Of a stretch of 64,000 bases of DNA, positions 1 to 10,322 are shown one piece after another. The stretch's first letter is position 1. Each line of letters opens with the position of its first letter. The notes below the pieces were generated by a model that worked only from the letters and a program-made list of their open reading frames with translations, did no database searches and was not told the DNA's origin. Location of the stretch: positions 2,208,001 through 2,272,000 of the forward strand of contig OY760686.1 in assembly GCA_963663865.1 (NCBI GenBank), given 5' to 3'. A program made the position numbers and the translations under genes. This stretch comes from Spirochaetota bacterium. GTDB taxonomy: Bacteria; Spirochaetota; UBA4802; UBA5550.

Positions 1-1173
1 AGCAATATCCCCGGAATCCACGTCGTTAAATCAAGATGGGGAAAAACCATGCTCAGCTATGTACGTGATGTGTATACCGGCTTTCTCACTCTTTACAACA
101 AACTCGACGCGAGCGGATTCTCCAGACAGTATGCTGTCAATCTCCGATCCCTTCATATCGAAGACAACATGAAAGCCAACAACTGGCAGCGTGGCGCGGT
201 CGCCGATGACAGGTTCTCATACTTCGCCGAATTCCCCGTTTCGATTATATATGAATCAGGTTTCATTTCACATCCTGGTGAAGAAGAAAAACTCAGAGAC
301 AGCATCCACCAGGACACTATTGTGCAAAACCAGTATCTGGCGCTTCTGAAAACAGTTAAAGAGGTCTTCGGCATTGACATAAGCGGTGCTGAAGCGCTGC
401 TGGTGAATAATAGCGGACCTTCTTCCACAGAGCTGCTTAAACTGTCACGCATTGCCCTTTACTACATCAAGAATGGCGAAAGCGAAAGGGCGTTCTCTGT
501 CATCAACAAGATGAGCCATATTTACGGGAAAAGCCGGTTCAGCAAAGACATTTCATATTACAAGCAGATTAAAACCACCATCCAGAGAGCAGACAGAGAG
601 TACTCAACAGCGCTGAAATACACAAAGAAAAAGTGGCACAAAACCGCTGCCAGGCATTACAGAAAGGCTTTGAATATTGTCGGGAATGCGCCTGTTTATT
701 CGTTTTACAGAGACAAATTCAAATCAAGTCTCAGCCCGGTTCGCAAAACAGCCGCCCGGCAAAGAGAAACCGTAACAGAAAAGCAAAGCCGCTCGACTCC
801 CCTTATTGCGCAAAAGGCGTCCCTTAACCGCAAAATTATTCTTGCCGTCGGAACCGGAATGTCACTTGAGAAAGCACTAACAAACGCACTCGCTCCAGAC
901 GCTGAAACACTGAAAAAGCTCCTGAAATCATTTCAAAATGCAAAAAAAGTGTCCTGGGTCAAAAAGAAGGCAAAAAAGAAAACCAGTTGGGTAAAGGTCG
1001 TTCGGAATATAAACTTCAAGGAAGGAATATACATCGTTAGTCTTGACAAAAAGCTCAACATTGTCAAGGCTGACCGTGTTAACAGCGTCAGTCTTGATGC
1101 AGACAAATACCAGAATCAACAATATCTAAAGAATTCATATTTTGCGCGAAGAGAAAAACAAAGAGCACTTTAA
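1..1173 (+). CDS. 5'-truncated protein, probable N-acetylmuramoyl-L-alanine amidase (Amidase_3) C-terminal part followed by a helical/TPR-like region and a Lys-rich tail
   Basis: Frame is open from base 1, so the gene starts before the window. PVSIIYESGFISHPGEEEKL resembles the Amidase_3 motif P(A/S)xLxExGFISNxxEExxL. Confidence 0.5.
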   Translation, partial: SNIPGIHVVKSRWGKTMLSYVRDVYTGFLTLYNKLDASGFSRQYAVNLRSLHIEDNMKANNWQRGAVADDRFSYFAEFPVSIIYESGFISHPGEEEKLRDSIHQDTIVQNQYLALLKTVKEVFGIDISGAEALLVNNSGPSSTELLKLSRIALYYIKNGESERAFSVINKMSHIYGKSRFSKDISYYKQIKTTIQRADREYSTALKYTKKKWHKTAARHYRKALNIVGNAPVYSFYRDKFKSSLSPVRKTAARQRETVTEKQSRSTPLIAQKASLNRKIILAVGTGMSLEKALTNALAPDAETLKKLLKSFQNAKKVSWVKKKAKKKTSWVKVVRNINFKEGIYIVSLDKKLNIVKADRVNSVSLDADKYQNQQYLKNSYFARREKQRAL

Positions 1174-2110
1174 GCCGTCCTCATGGAAAGGGCTTCCATA
1201 CAATCACTTCGGCGATTATCTGAAGGATAAGTACCATACGCGGATTTTGAAAGTGCCGATAAACGCGGGGCTTATCTGCCCCAACAGAGACGGCACAATC
1301 TCGGACAGGGGATGCATATTCTGCAGCGAAGACGGTTCGGCATCGTCAACCGCGGACAATTCGTTATCCATTGAAGAGCAGATGGACAGAGCGGTCTCAG
1401 GGTTCTCCCGAAAAGACGACGAAACGAGATACATCGCGTATTTCCAGGCCTTTACCAACACATACGCTCCTGTAAATTCCCTCAGAAAACTTTACGACAG
1501 AGCTTTATCCACGGAAAAAATAATCGGCCTGATGATCGGAACACGCCCTGACTGCCTTCCCGACGATGTGATTGAACTGATTTCTTCTTACAGCAAGCCG
1601 GGTTTTGAGCTCTGGGTTGAACTCGGCATGCAGAGCTCCTGCGACAAAAGCTTGAGGTATCTGAACAGGGGCCACAGCCACCCGGACACGGCTGACTCGG
1701 TCGTCAGGCTCGCAGCAAAAGGGATTCCTGTGTGCGCCCACATAATACTCGGAATTCCAGGAGAATCCTGGAACGATATGATGGAAACAGCTGAAGAGGT
1801 ATCAAGGCTTCCCATCAGCGGCGTAAAAATTCACCAGCTCCACATAATCAGCGGTACGCCTCTTGCTGAAATGAACGCCATTGATCCGGTTAAGCTGATG
1901 TCAATGCGTGAGTATGTTTCCACAATATGCGATTTTATTGAAAGGCTGAGGCCCGACATCCTTATTCACCGGCTCACTGGCGACAGAGATGCAGCCTCCC
2001 TGATCGGCCCTGATTGGGGCCTGAACAAAGGTACCATACAGCAGGCAATACTCGAAGAATTCAGCAAGCGACAGACATTTCAGGGTTTTCTCAGACAGGA
2101 TAAATATTAA
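1142..2110 (+). CDS. TIGR01212 family radical SAM protein (YhcC/YtqA-MnmL-like)
   Basis: CPNRDG...GCIFC cluster motif, YIAYFQAFTNTYAP, IGTRPDC, VELGMQS, GVKIHQLH, IHRLTGD. Confidence 0.92.
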   Translation: MREEKNKEHFKPSSWKGLPYNHFGDYLKDKYHTRILKVPINAGLICPNRDGTISDRGCIFCSEDGSASSTADNSLSIEEQMDRAVSGFSRKDDETRYIAYFQAFTNTYAPVNSLRKLYDRALSTEKIIGLMIGTRPDCLPDDVIELISSYSKPGFELWVELGMQSSCDKSLRYLNRGHSHPDTADSVVRLAAKGIPVCAHIILGIPGESWNDMMETAEEVSRLPISGVKIHQLHIISGTPLAEMNAIDPVKLMSMREYVSTICDFIERLRPDILIHRLTGDRDAASLIGPDWGLNKGTIQQAILEEFSKRQTFQGFLRQDKY

Positions 2111-2120
2111 GAAGGTCAAT

Positions 2121-3197
2121 ATGAAAATAGCAGTTGCAATGAGCGGAGGGATTGACTCCTCCATCGCCGCCATAATGCTCAAAGAACAGGGCCATGAGGT
2201 AATCGGCATTACTGGAAATTTCAACACAGGCTTTCCAGAAGGCAAAATTTCCGGTTTGAATTCGGCAGAGGCGTCGCGAAAGTCGGCTCTGATTGCGGAT
2301 ATGTTTTCTTTCAAGCATTACACCTTTGATATTGAAGATGACTTCTTTAAGACCATTGTCTCCCCTTTTTGTACAGATTACCTGAACGGACGGACTCCTA
2401 ACCCCTGCATATTCTGCAACCCGCTGATCAAGTTCAAATCCCTTCTCGCTGCCGCAAACAGCTATGGCTGCGAAAAGCTGGCAACAGGACACTACTCGTT
2501 TATCAGGCTTGATGAAACCTCAGGAAGGTATTACATCTCAAGAGGCGTCGACCCTGCCAAGGACCAGTCTTACTTCCTTTACAGGCTTGAACAGGACACG
2601 TTACGGAATATTACCTTCCCGCTGGGAGGTTACCTAAAATCAGAGGTTAAGGCAAAAGCGATGAAACTCATGCTCCCTTCAGCTGAAGACGAAGAGAGCC
2701 AGGAAATTTGCTTTGTACCAGAAGACGCATATCCTGCCTTTATTGAGAACATGAGCGGGAATACCCCTGAACCGGGCAATATCGTTGACACATCAGGCAA
2801 GGTGCTGGGGACACACAGAGGCATACACCATTACACCATCGGACAGCGCAGGGGCCTTGGAATAGCCGCCCCCCGCCCCCTTTACGTCAAATCAATAAAT
2901 GTTGCAGACAATACAATTACCGCAGGATACATTGAGGAGATTATGCGCCAGAGGCTGACGGCTTCTGACATAGTACACATGAAAACTGAGAACCTCACTC
3001 ATTCAGGCGTTTATGTCAAAACAAGATCTGTGCAGAAACCCGTTGCTGCCGACACAATTGAAGCAGACGGAGTTCTGAAAGTAACGTTGAAAGAAGGCAT
3101 GGCAGGCATAACACCCGGACAGTCATGCGTCATCTACGACGCAGAAGGCTGTGTTCTTGGCGGAGGCATCATCTCTGATCAGGAACACTTTGAATAG
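2121..3197 (+). CDS. mnmA: tRNA 2-thiouridine(34) synthase
   Basis: AMSGGIDSS PP-loop, TPNPCIFCN, ATGHY, KDQSYFL, ESQEICF, YTIGQRRGLG, TPGQ. Confidence 0.97.
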   Translation: MKIAVAMSGGIDSSIAAIMLKEQGHEVIGITGNFNTGFPEGKISGLNSAEASRKSALIADMFSFKHYTFDIEDDFFKTIVSPFCTDYLNGRTPNPCIFCNPLIKFKSLLAAANSYGCEKLATGHYSFIRLDETSGRYYISRGVDPAKDQSYFLYRLEQDTLRNITFPLGGYLKSEVKAKAMKLMLPSAEDEESQEICFVPEDAYPAFIENMSGNTPEPGNIVDTSGKVLGTHRGIHHYTIGQRRGLGIAAPRPLYVKSINVADNTITAGYIEEIMRQRLTASDIVHMKTENLTHSGVYVKTRSVQKPVAADTIEADGVLKVTLKEGMAGITPGQSCVIYDAEGCVLGGGIISDQEHFE

Positions 3198-5089
3198 ACA
3201 ACAACCCTGTTTCTTCCGGAACCCTTGGCCTCATAGAGCGCCCTGTCGGCACAGCCGAGAGCACTTTCTACTGAGGAACCGGCTTCCTCATTAAGGTAAA
3301 CCTCCGCTGCTCCGATACTCACCGTAACAGAGAAAGCCTCACCGCGGTCATTTTTGAAAGTCAAGTGTTCAACTGCAGACCTTATTCTCTCTGCGGCAGG
3401 TTCAAGCTCACTCGATGAAATGTTGATCATAGTAACCGCAAACTCTTCTCCGCCAAGTCTACCGAAGAAATCATTGCTCCTGAGCAGAGAACCAATACCC
3501 GCAGCAAGCTCCTTAATGACCATGTCTCCCGTATGATGGCCGTAATTGTCATTTATGCCTTTGAAGCGGTCAATATCAATCATCATCACCGAAACGGAAC
3601 CCCCATATCTCTTAGCCCTTTCAACCTCAACTTCTGACATCTGAAGATAGGCCCTTCTGTTAAGGATACCTGTCAGAGGATCGGTTCTTGCCAACTGCTC
3701 AAGTTCTTTCTCGATCATCTTCTTTCGGCTAATATCATTCAACGAAATCAGGAGGCAGTCATCCTGCCTGTACTCCATGTATATTACAGAAATCAATGCC
3801 CAGAAAGAAGTACCATCCTGCTTTTTTAACTTTATTTCCTGATTGTCGACTTTTCCCTTTGATCTGATCTGGTCAATAATCAACGCTGTTTCATTCGCAT
3901 CCTGAACATAGTCATCCACATTGATGCTGCCAGGAGCAGCATCTTCCCTCAGGCCGAAAAGTTTGACAGAACTCGCATTAAGATAGACAATCTTTCTGGT
4001 TTTTCTGGCAAGAATCACAAGAGGGAACATCGACGAATCCAGAATTGATTTAAGCTGGTCCTCGCTTTCCCTGAGAGCCAGATCATTTGCCACTACAGCG
4101 GTTTCATCTCTCATGATGGCTTCAACCGAGAAGTTTCCATCAGCATCGTAGACAATTCTTCCATTCAGAGAAACGTAGATTATAAAGCTGTCCCCGTGCC
4201 TGAGCTTAACAATGCTCTTCTCGGCGAATCCGTACTTTCTCAGTACATCCACAAACGACTCAACCTCGGCCCTTTCCGGAAACAGCTTAAACACCGAACC
4301 GCCCGCAAGCTGATCTCTGGAATAGCCGGCGACTCTTTCAATGGAGGGTGTCAGGTATTGAATGACATAATCGCTGTCAAATTTTATGAAAACATCGTAG
4401 AGGTTTTCAAGAATAGTCCGCTTTTCCTCCTCTCTGTCCGCGAGGAGCTTCATAGCCTCAGTCAACGCCTTTTCCGCTGAAGACCTCCCCTCAACAGCAA
4501 AGTCAAGTTCTGAGGAAAGAGCGGATATTCTCCTTGTCTGTTCAAGAGTCCTGTAGTTAAGGATACTCCTGGCCTCGCTGAGAAGCCTGTTTACGGTTTT
4601 CTGTATTGAGATATCGCGAACCATGATAACCGTAAACCTTTCCCTTGCTATCTCAATAACATTTAATGATATTTCGCAGTCAAACTCACCGCCGTCAAAC
4701 TGCAATCCCCTGAGTTCAAAAACAGCCCTGGTGTGCATTCCACTGTTTCCGCTGAAAATCTCCGCAAGAGAAAATAGCCCGCTTTCAGAATCATTATAAA
4801 CTGAAAAAAGCGATTCAATGCTGATTCCTTCTAAATGCCTGTGCTTGCACATAAACAGCTCTGAAAACTTCAGATTGAAGTCATATATCCTGCCTTCTTT
4901 AACAATCACGATCGCGTAGCTGGCAAGCTCAAAGAGAGTATTATACCAAATCCCGCCATCGGTAATGTATGAGCTTTCTTGGTACACTTTCCTGCGGTTT
5001 TTCCCTCCAGCCCTCTTCCCGACAAAGTAGGCTGCCGGCACAGTAACGCTTACCAAGATCAAAAAGACAATCACACAGTATAGAATCAT
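3179..5089 (-). CDS. Membrane-anchored multi-PAS diguanylate cyclase
   Basis: N-terminal TM helix, three PAS-like segments, DPLTGILNRR, DIDRFKGINDNYGH, RSND I-site, RLGGEEF. Confidence 0.93.
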   Translation of the reverse strand: MILYCVIVFLILVSVTVPAAYFVGKRAGGKNRRKVYQESSYITDGGIWYNTLFELASYAIVIVKEGRIYDFNLKFSELFMCKHRHLEGISIESLFSVYNDSESGLFSLAEIFSGNSGMHTRAVFELRGLQFDGGEFDCEISLNVIEIARERFTVIMVRDISIQKTVNRLLSEARSILNYRTLEQTRRISALSSELDFAVEGRSSAEKALTEAMKLLADREEEKRTILENLYDVFIKFDSDYVIQYLTPSIERVAGYSRDQLAGGSVFKLFPERAEVESFVDVLRKYGFAEKSIVKLRHGDSFIIYVSLNGRIVYDADGNFSVEAIMRDETAVVANDLALRESEDQLKSILDSSMFPLVILARKTRKIVYLNASSVKLFGLREDAAPGSINVDDYVQDANETALIIDQIRSKGKVDNQEIKLKKQDGTSFWALISVIYMEYRQDDCLLISLNDISRKKMIEKELEQLARTDPLTGILNRRAYLQMSEVEVERAKRYGGSVSVMMIDIDRFKGINDNYGHHTGDMVIKELAAGIGSLLRSNDFFGRLGGEEFAVTMINISSSELEPAAERIRSAVEHLTFKNDRGEAFSVTVSIGAAEVYLNEEAGSSVESALGCADRALYEAKGSGRNRVVVYSKCS

Positions 5090-5163
5090 ATTAATCCCGC
5101 CTGTTAGTTGGTATAATGTAAGTCAGACTGCCCCGTGAAACAGATCTGGAGTCAGCCGCGGAT

Positions 5164-6117
5164 CTATTCATCTGCTGATTTGCGGGCACGTGCATGAGGA
5201 TGAGCACGCTCGTAGACCTCTTTCAGCCTCTCCCTCGTTGTATGAGTGTACTTCTGCGTTGATGACAAACTCCTGTGACCCAGCATCTCCTGTACGGCCC
5301 TCAGATCGGCTCCCCGGTTTAACAGCTCAGTCGCGAAACTGTGTCTGAATGTGTGTGGAGAGACCCGGCCCCCGAGTCCCGCTTTTGCCGATCTGATTTT
5401 AACTACCTTAAATGCGCCGCGCTCTGAGAGCCTGCTCCCGGCACAGTTCACAAAAAGCGGATCAGTCAGAACCCCGAACTTTTTCAAACGCTCATTAAAA
5501 TATTGACTGAGGGCAGTCATTGCATCATCCGTAATGAAGACATACCTTTCAGCCCTTCCCTTACCGTAAACCTTCATCCTTCGGGATTCCCGGTTCACAG
5601 ACGAGATGTCAGCCCCCAGAACCTCGCTTATCCTGCACCCGGTCGAATACAGCAGGCTCATTAGCGCTCTGTCTCTGAAATCAGAAAAGCTAACCGGGGT
5701 AAAATCGAGAATCTTATCAATCTCACTGTCAAAAAGAAACACTGGAAGTCTGCGGTTTTTTCTCGGATAAATCAGATTGGCTGCGGGGTTGGCGGGGATA
5801 TAATCCCGATTGTAGAGAAATTTAAAGAAAGTCTTGATAGAAGCCGTTTTGCGTTCAATCGTTGATTTGCTGAAACCTGAATCATAGCAGAACTCAATAT
5901 AGCTGACAATGTCCTCTTTGTTTATTGCAGAGATATCGACTCCATCAGGGGTCACAGCGCTGCTGACCTCATAGGCAGCCCCCTCTCCCTGCCTTGCTGT
6001 CTCAGTCAGAAAACCGTACAGCAATGACAGATCCGAATAGTATGACTCAGCTGTGTTTTCGGCAAGGTTCTTCTCGTATCGGAGATAGGACATATAGCAG
6101 TCTATGGCGTCAAGCAA
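5164..6117 (-). CDS. xerC: XerC-type tyrosine recombinase
   Basis: LLYSTGCRISE, GKG, SPHTFRHSFATELL, LGHRSLSSTQKYTH; dprA-topA-xerC context. Start moved to TTG 6117 (GGAG RBS) to avoid a long overlap with topA. Confidence 0.88.
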   Translation of the reverse strand: MLDAIDCYMSYLRYEKNLAENTAESYYSDLSLLYGFLTETARQGEGAAYEVSSAVTPDGVDISAINKEDIVSYIEFCYDSGFSKSTIERKTASIKTFFKFLYNRDYIPANPAANLIYPRKNRRLPVFLFDSEIDKILDFTPVSFSDFRDRALMSLLYSTGCRISEVLGADISSVNRESRRMKVYGKGRAERYVFITDDAMTALSQYFNERLKKFGVLTDPLFVNCAGSRLSERGAFKVVKIRSAKAGLGGRVSPHTFRHSFATELLNRGADLRAVQEMLGHRSLSSTQKYTHTTRERLKEVYERAHPHARARKSADE

Positions 6118-6130
6118 GTCCGCACTCCCC

Positions 6131-8227
6131 TCAGGATTTCCCCGGATCATCATCAAGGAGTTCAACCCTGTAGTCACACTGGCTGTTATAGCACACAAGC
6201 TCGTACCCCTTGCCCTTAATTTTCCTCGAGAACAGTATTTTGCCGCATTTCGGGCAGCTGTGTTCAACCGGTGCGTCTCTGGTAAGGAATTCGCATTCCG
6301 GATAATTGGTGCAGGAATAAAAAGTGCCCCGGCCTTTCTTTGATGAGCGCTTGACGATATCGCCCTCGCATTGCGGGCATTTACCCAGAGGATAGGGCTT
6401 GGCGTTTCTGCACTCGGGAAATCCTGAGCAGGCGAGAAAATAGCCGTATTTACCCAGCTTTTTTTTCATCATACTCCCGCATTTTTCGCAGACGAGATCA
6501 GTATCCTCATCGAGAATTCCTTTCATCTCCTCTATGTTGTTTTCGGCCTCCTGGACGGTTTTAATAAAGGGGGGATAGAACTTTTCGAGCATCTCAACCC
6601 AGTCCGATTCCGACTCTTCAATAAGGTCAAGCTGCTCCTCCATCTCCGCCGTAAAATCAACCGTAATGAAGGATGAGAAGTGTTCCATCATAATCCGGTT
6701 TACAAGCTTTCCGAGAACTGTCGGGACAAGCTGCCTGCCCGTCCTCGTAACATAGTATCTTGAAATAATTGTGTTGATCGTAGGGGCGTAAGTTGAAGGC
6801 CTTCCCACACCTGATTCTTCCAGGAACTTAATAAGAGAGGCATCGTTAAATCTGGGAGGAGGTGAAGTAAAATGCTGTTCTGGTGTAAATTTCTCAATCA
6901 GAACATTGTCTCCCTCGCTGAGTACGGGAAGTTTGCTTTTTTCCTGCTTTGCAGGCTTCTCAACAGCTCCGAAGCCCGGGAATACGACCCTGCTTCCCGA
7001 AGCCCTGAACTGGCAATTCCCCGCGTCAACAGAAACCGTCGTGACCTCCGAGACTTCAGGTGTCATCTGAGAGCTGACAAAACGGTTCCAGATCATCTCA
7101 TACAGCCTGAACTGGTCCCGTGAAAGGTCTTTCTTTACTGCAACCGGGGTCCTGTGCACGTCTGACGGCCTTATTGCCTCGTGGGCATCCTGCGAGCCCT
7201 TCTTGTTTCGATAGGTGTTCGGCTTATCAGGAAGATATTCCCCGTCAAAGTTGGAGGAAATATACTCACGCAAAGACTTCATTGCCACGTCGGAAACCCT
7301 TGTTGAATCGGTCCTCATATAGGTTATGAGACCCACAAGCCCTTCCCCGGCAATATCAACACCCTGATAAAGCTGCTGGGCAACCATCATGGTCTTCTGT
7401 GAGGTAAAACCGAGCCTGTTGGCTCCGTCCTGCTGAAGCTTGCTTGTAATGTATGGAGGCTGCGGATTTCTTTTTCTGTCCTTGACCCTGACTTCAGAAA
7501 CAACTGCCTTTTCGCCCCTGATTGACTCAACCAGAGCTTCAGTCTCTTCACCGTTTTTCAGTTCGGCTTTTTTTCCGTCAATCGAATACAGAGAGGCAGT
7601 GAACTTTTTGCCTTCTGAGCTGCATTCCGCGTCAAGAGTCCAGTACTCCTCCGGCATAAAGCCTTCAATCTGCTCCTCGCGGTCGCAGATGACCTTAAGC
7701 GCTACGGACTGAACCCTTCCTGCAGATAGACCGCGTTTTACCTTTTTCCAGAGTACAGGGCTTATTTTGTAACCGACAATTCTGTCGAGAATTCTTCTCG
7801 CCTGCTGAGCGTTGACCATGGCTGTGTTGATATCACGCGGGTGTGCGACAGCTTCCTTGACCGCGTTTTCAGTGATCTCATTAAATTCTATTCTCTTTAT
7901 GTTCGGATTTTTTACGGAAAGGGCATTGTAAAGGTGAAAGGATATAGCCTCTCCTTCGCGGTCAGGGTCAGTCGCCAAAAGAACCCTCTCCACTGACCCG
8001 GCAAGCTTTTTCAGCTCATTGAGAATCTTTGCCTTGCCTCTTATGGTAATATACTCAGGCTTAAATCCGTTATCCACGTCAATTGCAAGCCTGGACTTAG
8101 GAAGATCAATAATATGACCTACGGAAGAGGAGATCACATAGCTCTTGCCCAGATACTTATTAATGGTTTTTGCTTTTGACGGTGACTCTACAATAACGAG
8201 CGTTTCCGGTTTTTTCGACATTTTCAA
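6131..8227 (-). CDS. topA: DNA topoisomerase I
   Basis: LVIVESPSKAKTI TOPRIM, ATDPDREGEAI, SAGRVQS, ITYMRTDS, C-terminal Zn ribbons. Confidence 0.98.
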   Translation of the reverse strand: MKMSKKPETLVIVESPSKAKTINKYLGKSYVISSSVGHIIDLPKSRLAIDVDNGFKPEYITIRGKAKILNELKKLAGSVERVLLATDPDREGEAISFHLYNALSVKNPNIKRIEFNEITENAVKEAVAHPRDINTAMVNAQQARRILDRIVGYKISPVLWKKVKRGLSAGRVQSVALKVICDREEQIEGFMPEEYWTLDAECSSEGKKFTASLYSIDGKKAELKNGEETEALVESIRGEKAVVSEVRVKDRKRNPQPPYITSKLQQDGANRLGFTSQKTMMVAQQLYQGVDIAGEGLVGLITYMRTDSTRVSDVAMKSLREYISSNFDGEYLPDKPNTYRNKKGSQDAHEAIRPSDVHRTPVAVKKDLSRDQFRLYEMIWNRFVSSQMTPEVSEVTTVSVDAGNCQFRASGSRVVFPGFGAVEKPAKQEKSKLPVLSEGDNVLIEKFTPEQHFTSPPPRFNDASLIKFLEESGVGRPSTYAPTINTIISRYYVTRTGRQLVPTVLGKLVNRIMMEHFSSFITVDFTAEMEEQLDLIEESESDWVEMLEKFYPPFIKTVQEAENNIEEMKGILDEDTDLVCEKCGSMMKKKLGKYGYFLACSGFPECRNAKPYPLGKCPQCEGDIVKRSSKKGRGTFYSCTNYPECEFLTRDAPVEHSCPKCGKILFSRKIKGKGYELVCYNSQCDYRVELLDDDPGKS

Positions 8228-8319
8228 CCTTCATCAAGAATTTCAGACCGCTCAGGAAGGCAGCCCGGCCAACGGAATATCCATTTTGGATCCGATAACG
8301 GCAATCTGTTACTAAAAAC

Positions 8320-8925
8320 TCATTTGTCAAATATTTCTTTTACACTGTCATATGGTCTCCATCTGACAAGAATAATCAGAGCAACAATCAGTAACGCTGT
8401 TGTCAGTGTAAAAAGAAGGATTCTTTCCCTGGAATAGTAGACACCGGTATCGTAGTCCATCATTACCTCAAGAACCCCCGATGGCTTTGAAGGGCTCCCG
8501 CCATGGACGATGCCTCCGGAAGAGCTGACTGGAAGGGCCAGATTGCATACAAATAAACCATCCCTGACCCCGCAAACCGCTCCATCCCCCGGATTCAGAA
8601 TAGCCTTGAGAGCCTCTGTGCTCACGCTTCGCTGTTCGGCATCTCTCACTCTCAAAGAGGCTCCTGACGCACTGTACAGACGAGTCCTGATGCCGTATCT
8701 TTTTTCGATATCATCAATATATACATCAGCAAAGTCCGGATCTACCCCCCTGAGGAAGGTGTACGACTCGGCAATAATCCGGGCCTTTTCCTCAAGCTCG
8801 CTGAAATATCCCGAACGGTAAATCGGATATACATCCTCAGCATGAGGATAGATATTAAACACCTGAGACAAAGAAACTGCCACCAGGATGATCAGGAATA
8901 ATGCAGAAATCAATTTATAATTCAA
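8320..8925 (-). CDS. Hypothetical membrane protein (two TM helices around an extracytoplasmic domain)
   Basis: Hydrophobic N- and C-terminal helices, GGAGG RBS upstream, in line between dprA and topA. Confidence 0.75.
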   Translation of the reverse strand: MNYKLISALFLIILVAVSLSQVFNIYPHAEDVYPIYRSGYFSELEEKARIIAESYTFLRGVDPDFADVYIDDIEKRYGIRTRLYSASGASLRVRDAEQRSVSTEALKAILNPGDGAVCGVRDGLFVCNLALPVSSSGGIVHGGSPSKPSGVLEVMMDYDTGVYYSRERILLFTLTTALLIVALIILVRWRPYDSVKEIFDK

Positions 8926-8930
8926 TATCT

Positions 8931-10082
8931 TTAACCTCCAATGCCTCTTGCTGGTATGATGACATTCCCGTTTCTCAGAACGGCCCCGGAAAGCTCCAGC
9001 TCAATCAGAGCCTCTGCAACCTCTTCGGGGCTGAGCCTCGTAGCGCGGACAATGCTGTCAGGTTCAGAGGCGCCGCCGCGTATCACGGAAAGCACCCTCA
9101 TGTTCACTCCGTTCATATCCGCTTCGATGATGGAGGCTTCATGATTAGCCGCTCGACTCTGAGGCCCGCCCTTTATAGCCCCTGAAGAAGCTGTAAAGTG
9201 CCGTTTCGGGACAAACGGCATTGACGAGAGCTCACGCAGCAGATCTTCAGTACAGCTTATCAGACCAGCCCCGTCCCTTATGAGAGAATGACATCCTTCG
9301 AACCTCATGTCAAATGAATTACCGGAACAGGCAAATACTTCCCGGTTCTGCTCCATAGCGTATCCTGCGGTCATCAGGGCACCGCTGTTTCGCCCAGCCT
9401 GAACTACCACGGTTGCGTTCGACAATCCGCTGATAATTCTGTTTCTGCGGACAAATGTCCACTTTCCTGCTATTGACCCCGGCGGATACTCGGAAATCAG
9501 GGCGGAACTGCCTGATTCAAGAATCATCCTGCGGAGATCGCTGTTGGCATAGGGATACAATCTGTCTATACCGTTAGCAAGCACCCCTATTGTAGTCCCT
9601 CCTGAATTTAGCGCCCCGAGATGAGCCTCACGGTCAATTCCCACCGCCATTCCGCTTACAATTACATATCCCGCTTCAGATGTTTCAGCGGCAATCCGTC
9701 TCGCAATCGCCTGGGACTTCGGATCAGGTTTTCTTGTTCCGACAACAGCTACAGCCGGACCCTGCGGAAGCTTACCGAGGACATAGAGCACAACTGGAGG
9801 ATGATTTATCATCTTCAGGCTGTCCGGATACATATCGGACCAGTAGTGTATTATCCGGGCTCCCGCCCCGTGAGCCCTTTCAATAATACTGCCCGCAGCC
9901 ACGTAAGGATCATCCGAATACTCATCCAGGAGATATGACTGCACCTCAAGCTTGAAATGCCTCTCTAACCCGGAATAGACATCTTCCGGACCGGTCAGCT
10001 GAATTTTGTCCCATAGCCCTTTGCTCTGTGGAGCGGCGAGAACTGACAATGCACATGCAAACCGGGTTTCTCTTTCATCCAT
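8931..10082 (-). CDS. dprA: DNA-processing protein DprA
   Basis: YP..L..I.HPPVVLYVLG, VAVVGTR, IVSGMAVGIDREAH, ISEYPPG, FVRRNRIISGLS, C-terminal winged helix. Confidence 0.96.
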   Translation of the reverse strand: MDERETRFACALSVLAAPQSKGLWDKIQLTGPEDVYSGLERHFKLEVQSYLLDEYSDDPYVAAGSIIERAHGAGARIIHYWSDMYPDSLKMINHPPVVLYVLGKLPQGPAVAVVGTRKPDPKSQAIARRIAAETSEAGYVIVSGMAVGIDREAHLGALNSGGTTIGVLANGIDRLYPYANSDLRRMILESGSSALISEYPPGSIAGKWTFVRRNRIISGLSNATVVVQAGRNSGALMTAGYAMEQNREVFACSGNSFDMRFEGCHSLIRDGAGLISCTEDLLRELSSMPFVPKRHFTASSGAIKGGPQSRAANHEASIIEADMNGVNMRVLSVIRGGASEPDSIVRATRLSPEEVAEALIELELSGAVLRNGNVIIPARGIGG

Positions 10083-10322
10083 ATTACACTCCTTATGCCT
10101 ACATTAAAACGCCCGGATATCCACCCGAATAAAAATAATTTGACCAATTAATCTAAAATCACCGATATACGCATGGTATTAACGGCCGAAAGGATTGCCG
10201 CATTATCCATACAAAAACACAGCCGCCCATTGCGGAAAATATGCAGGTTTGCCTGAATTTTTCTTGCTATAACAACCCATCAGATGCCCCCTTGCAGTAG
10301 AGATAATAATACGGCAGGAAAT

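Noticed and set aside
942-996. KKVSWVKK / KKTSWVKV peptide duplication
   Set aside because: Short, Lys-rich and low complexity; the nucleotide copies are diverged and no function can be supported.
5164-6117. Tyrosine recombinase as the integron integrase for the cassette array
   Set aside because: It lacks the IntI-specific insertion, sits in the housekeeping dprA-topA-xerC context, and is more than 22 kb from the array.
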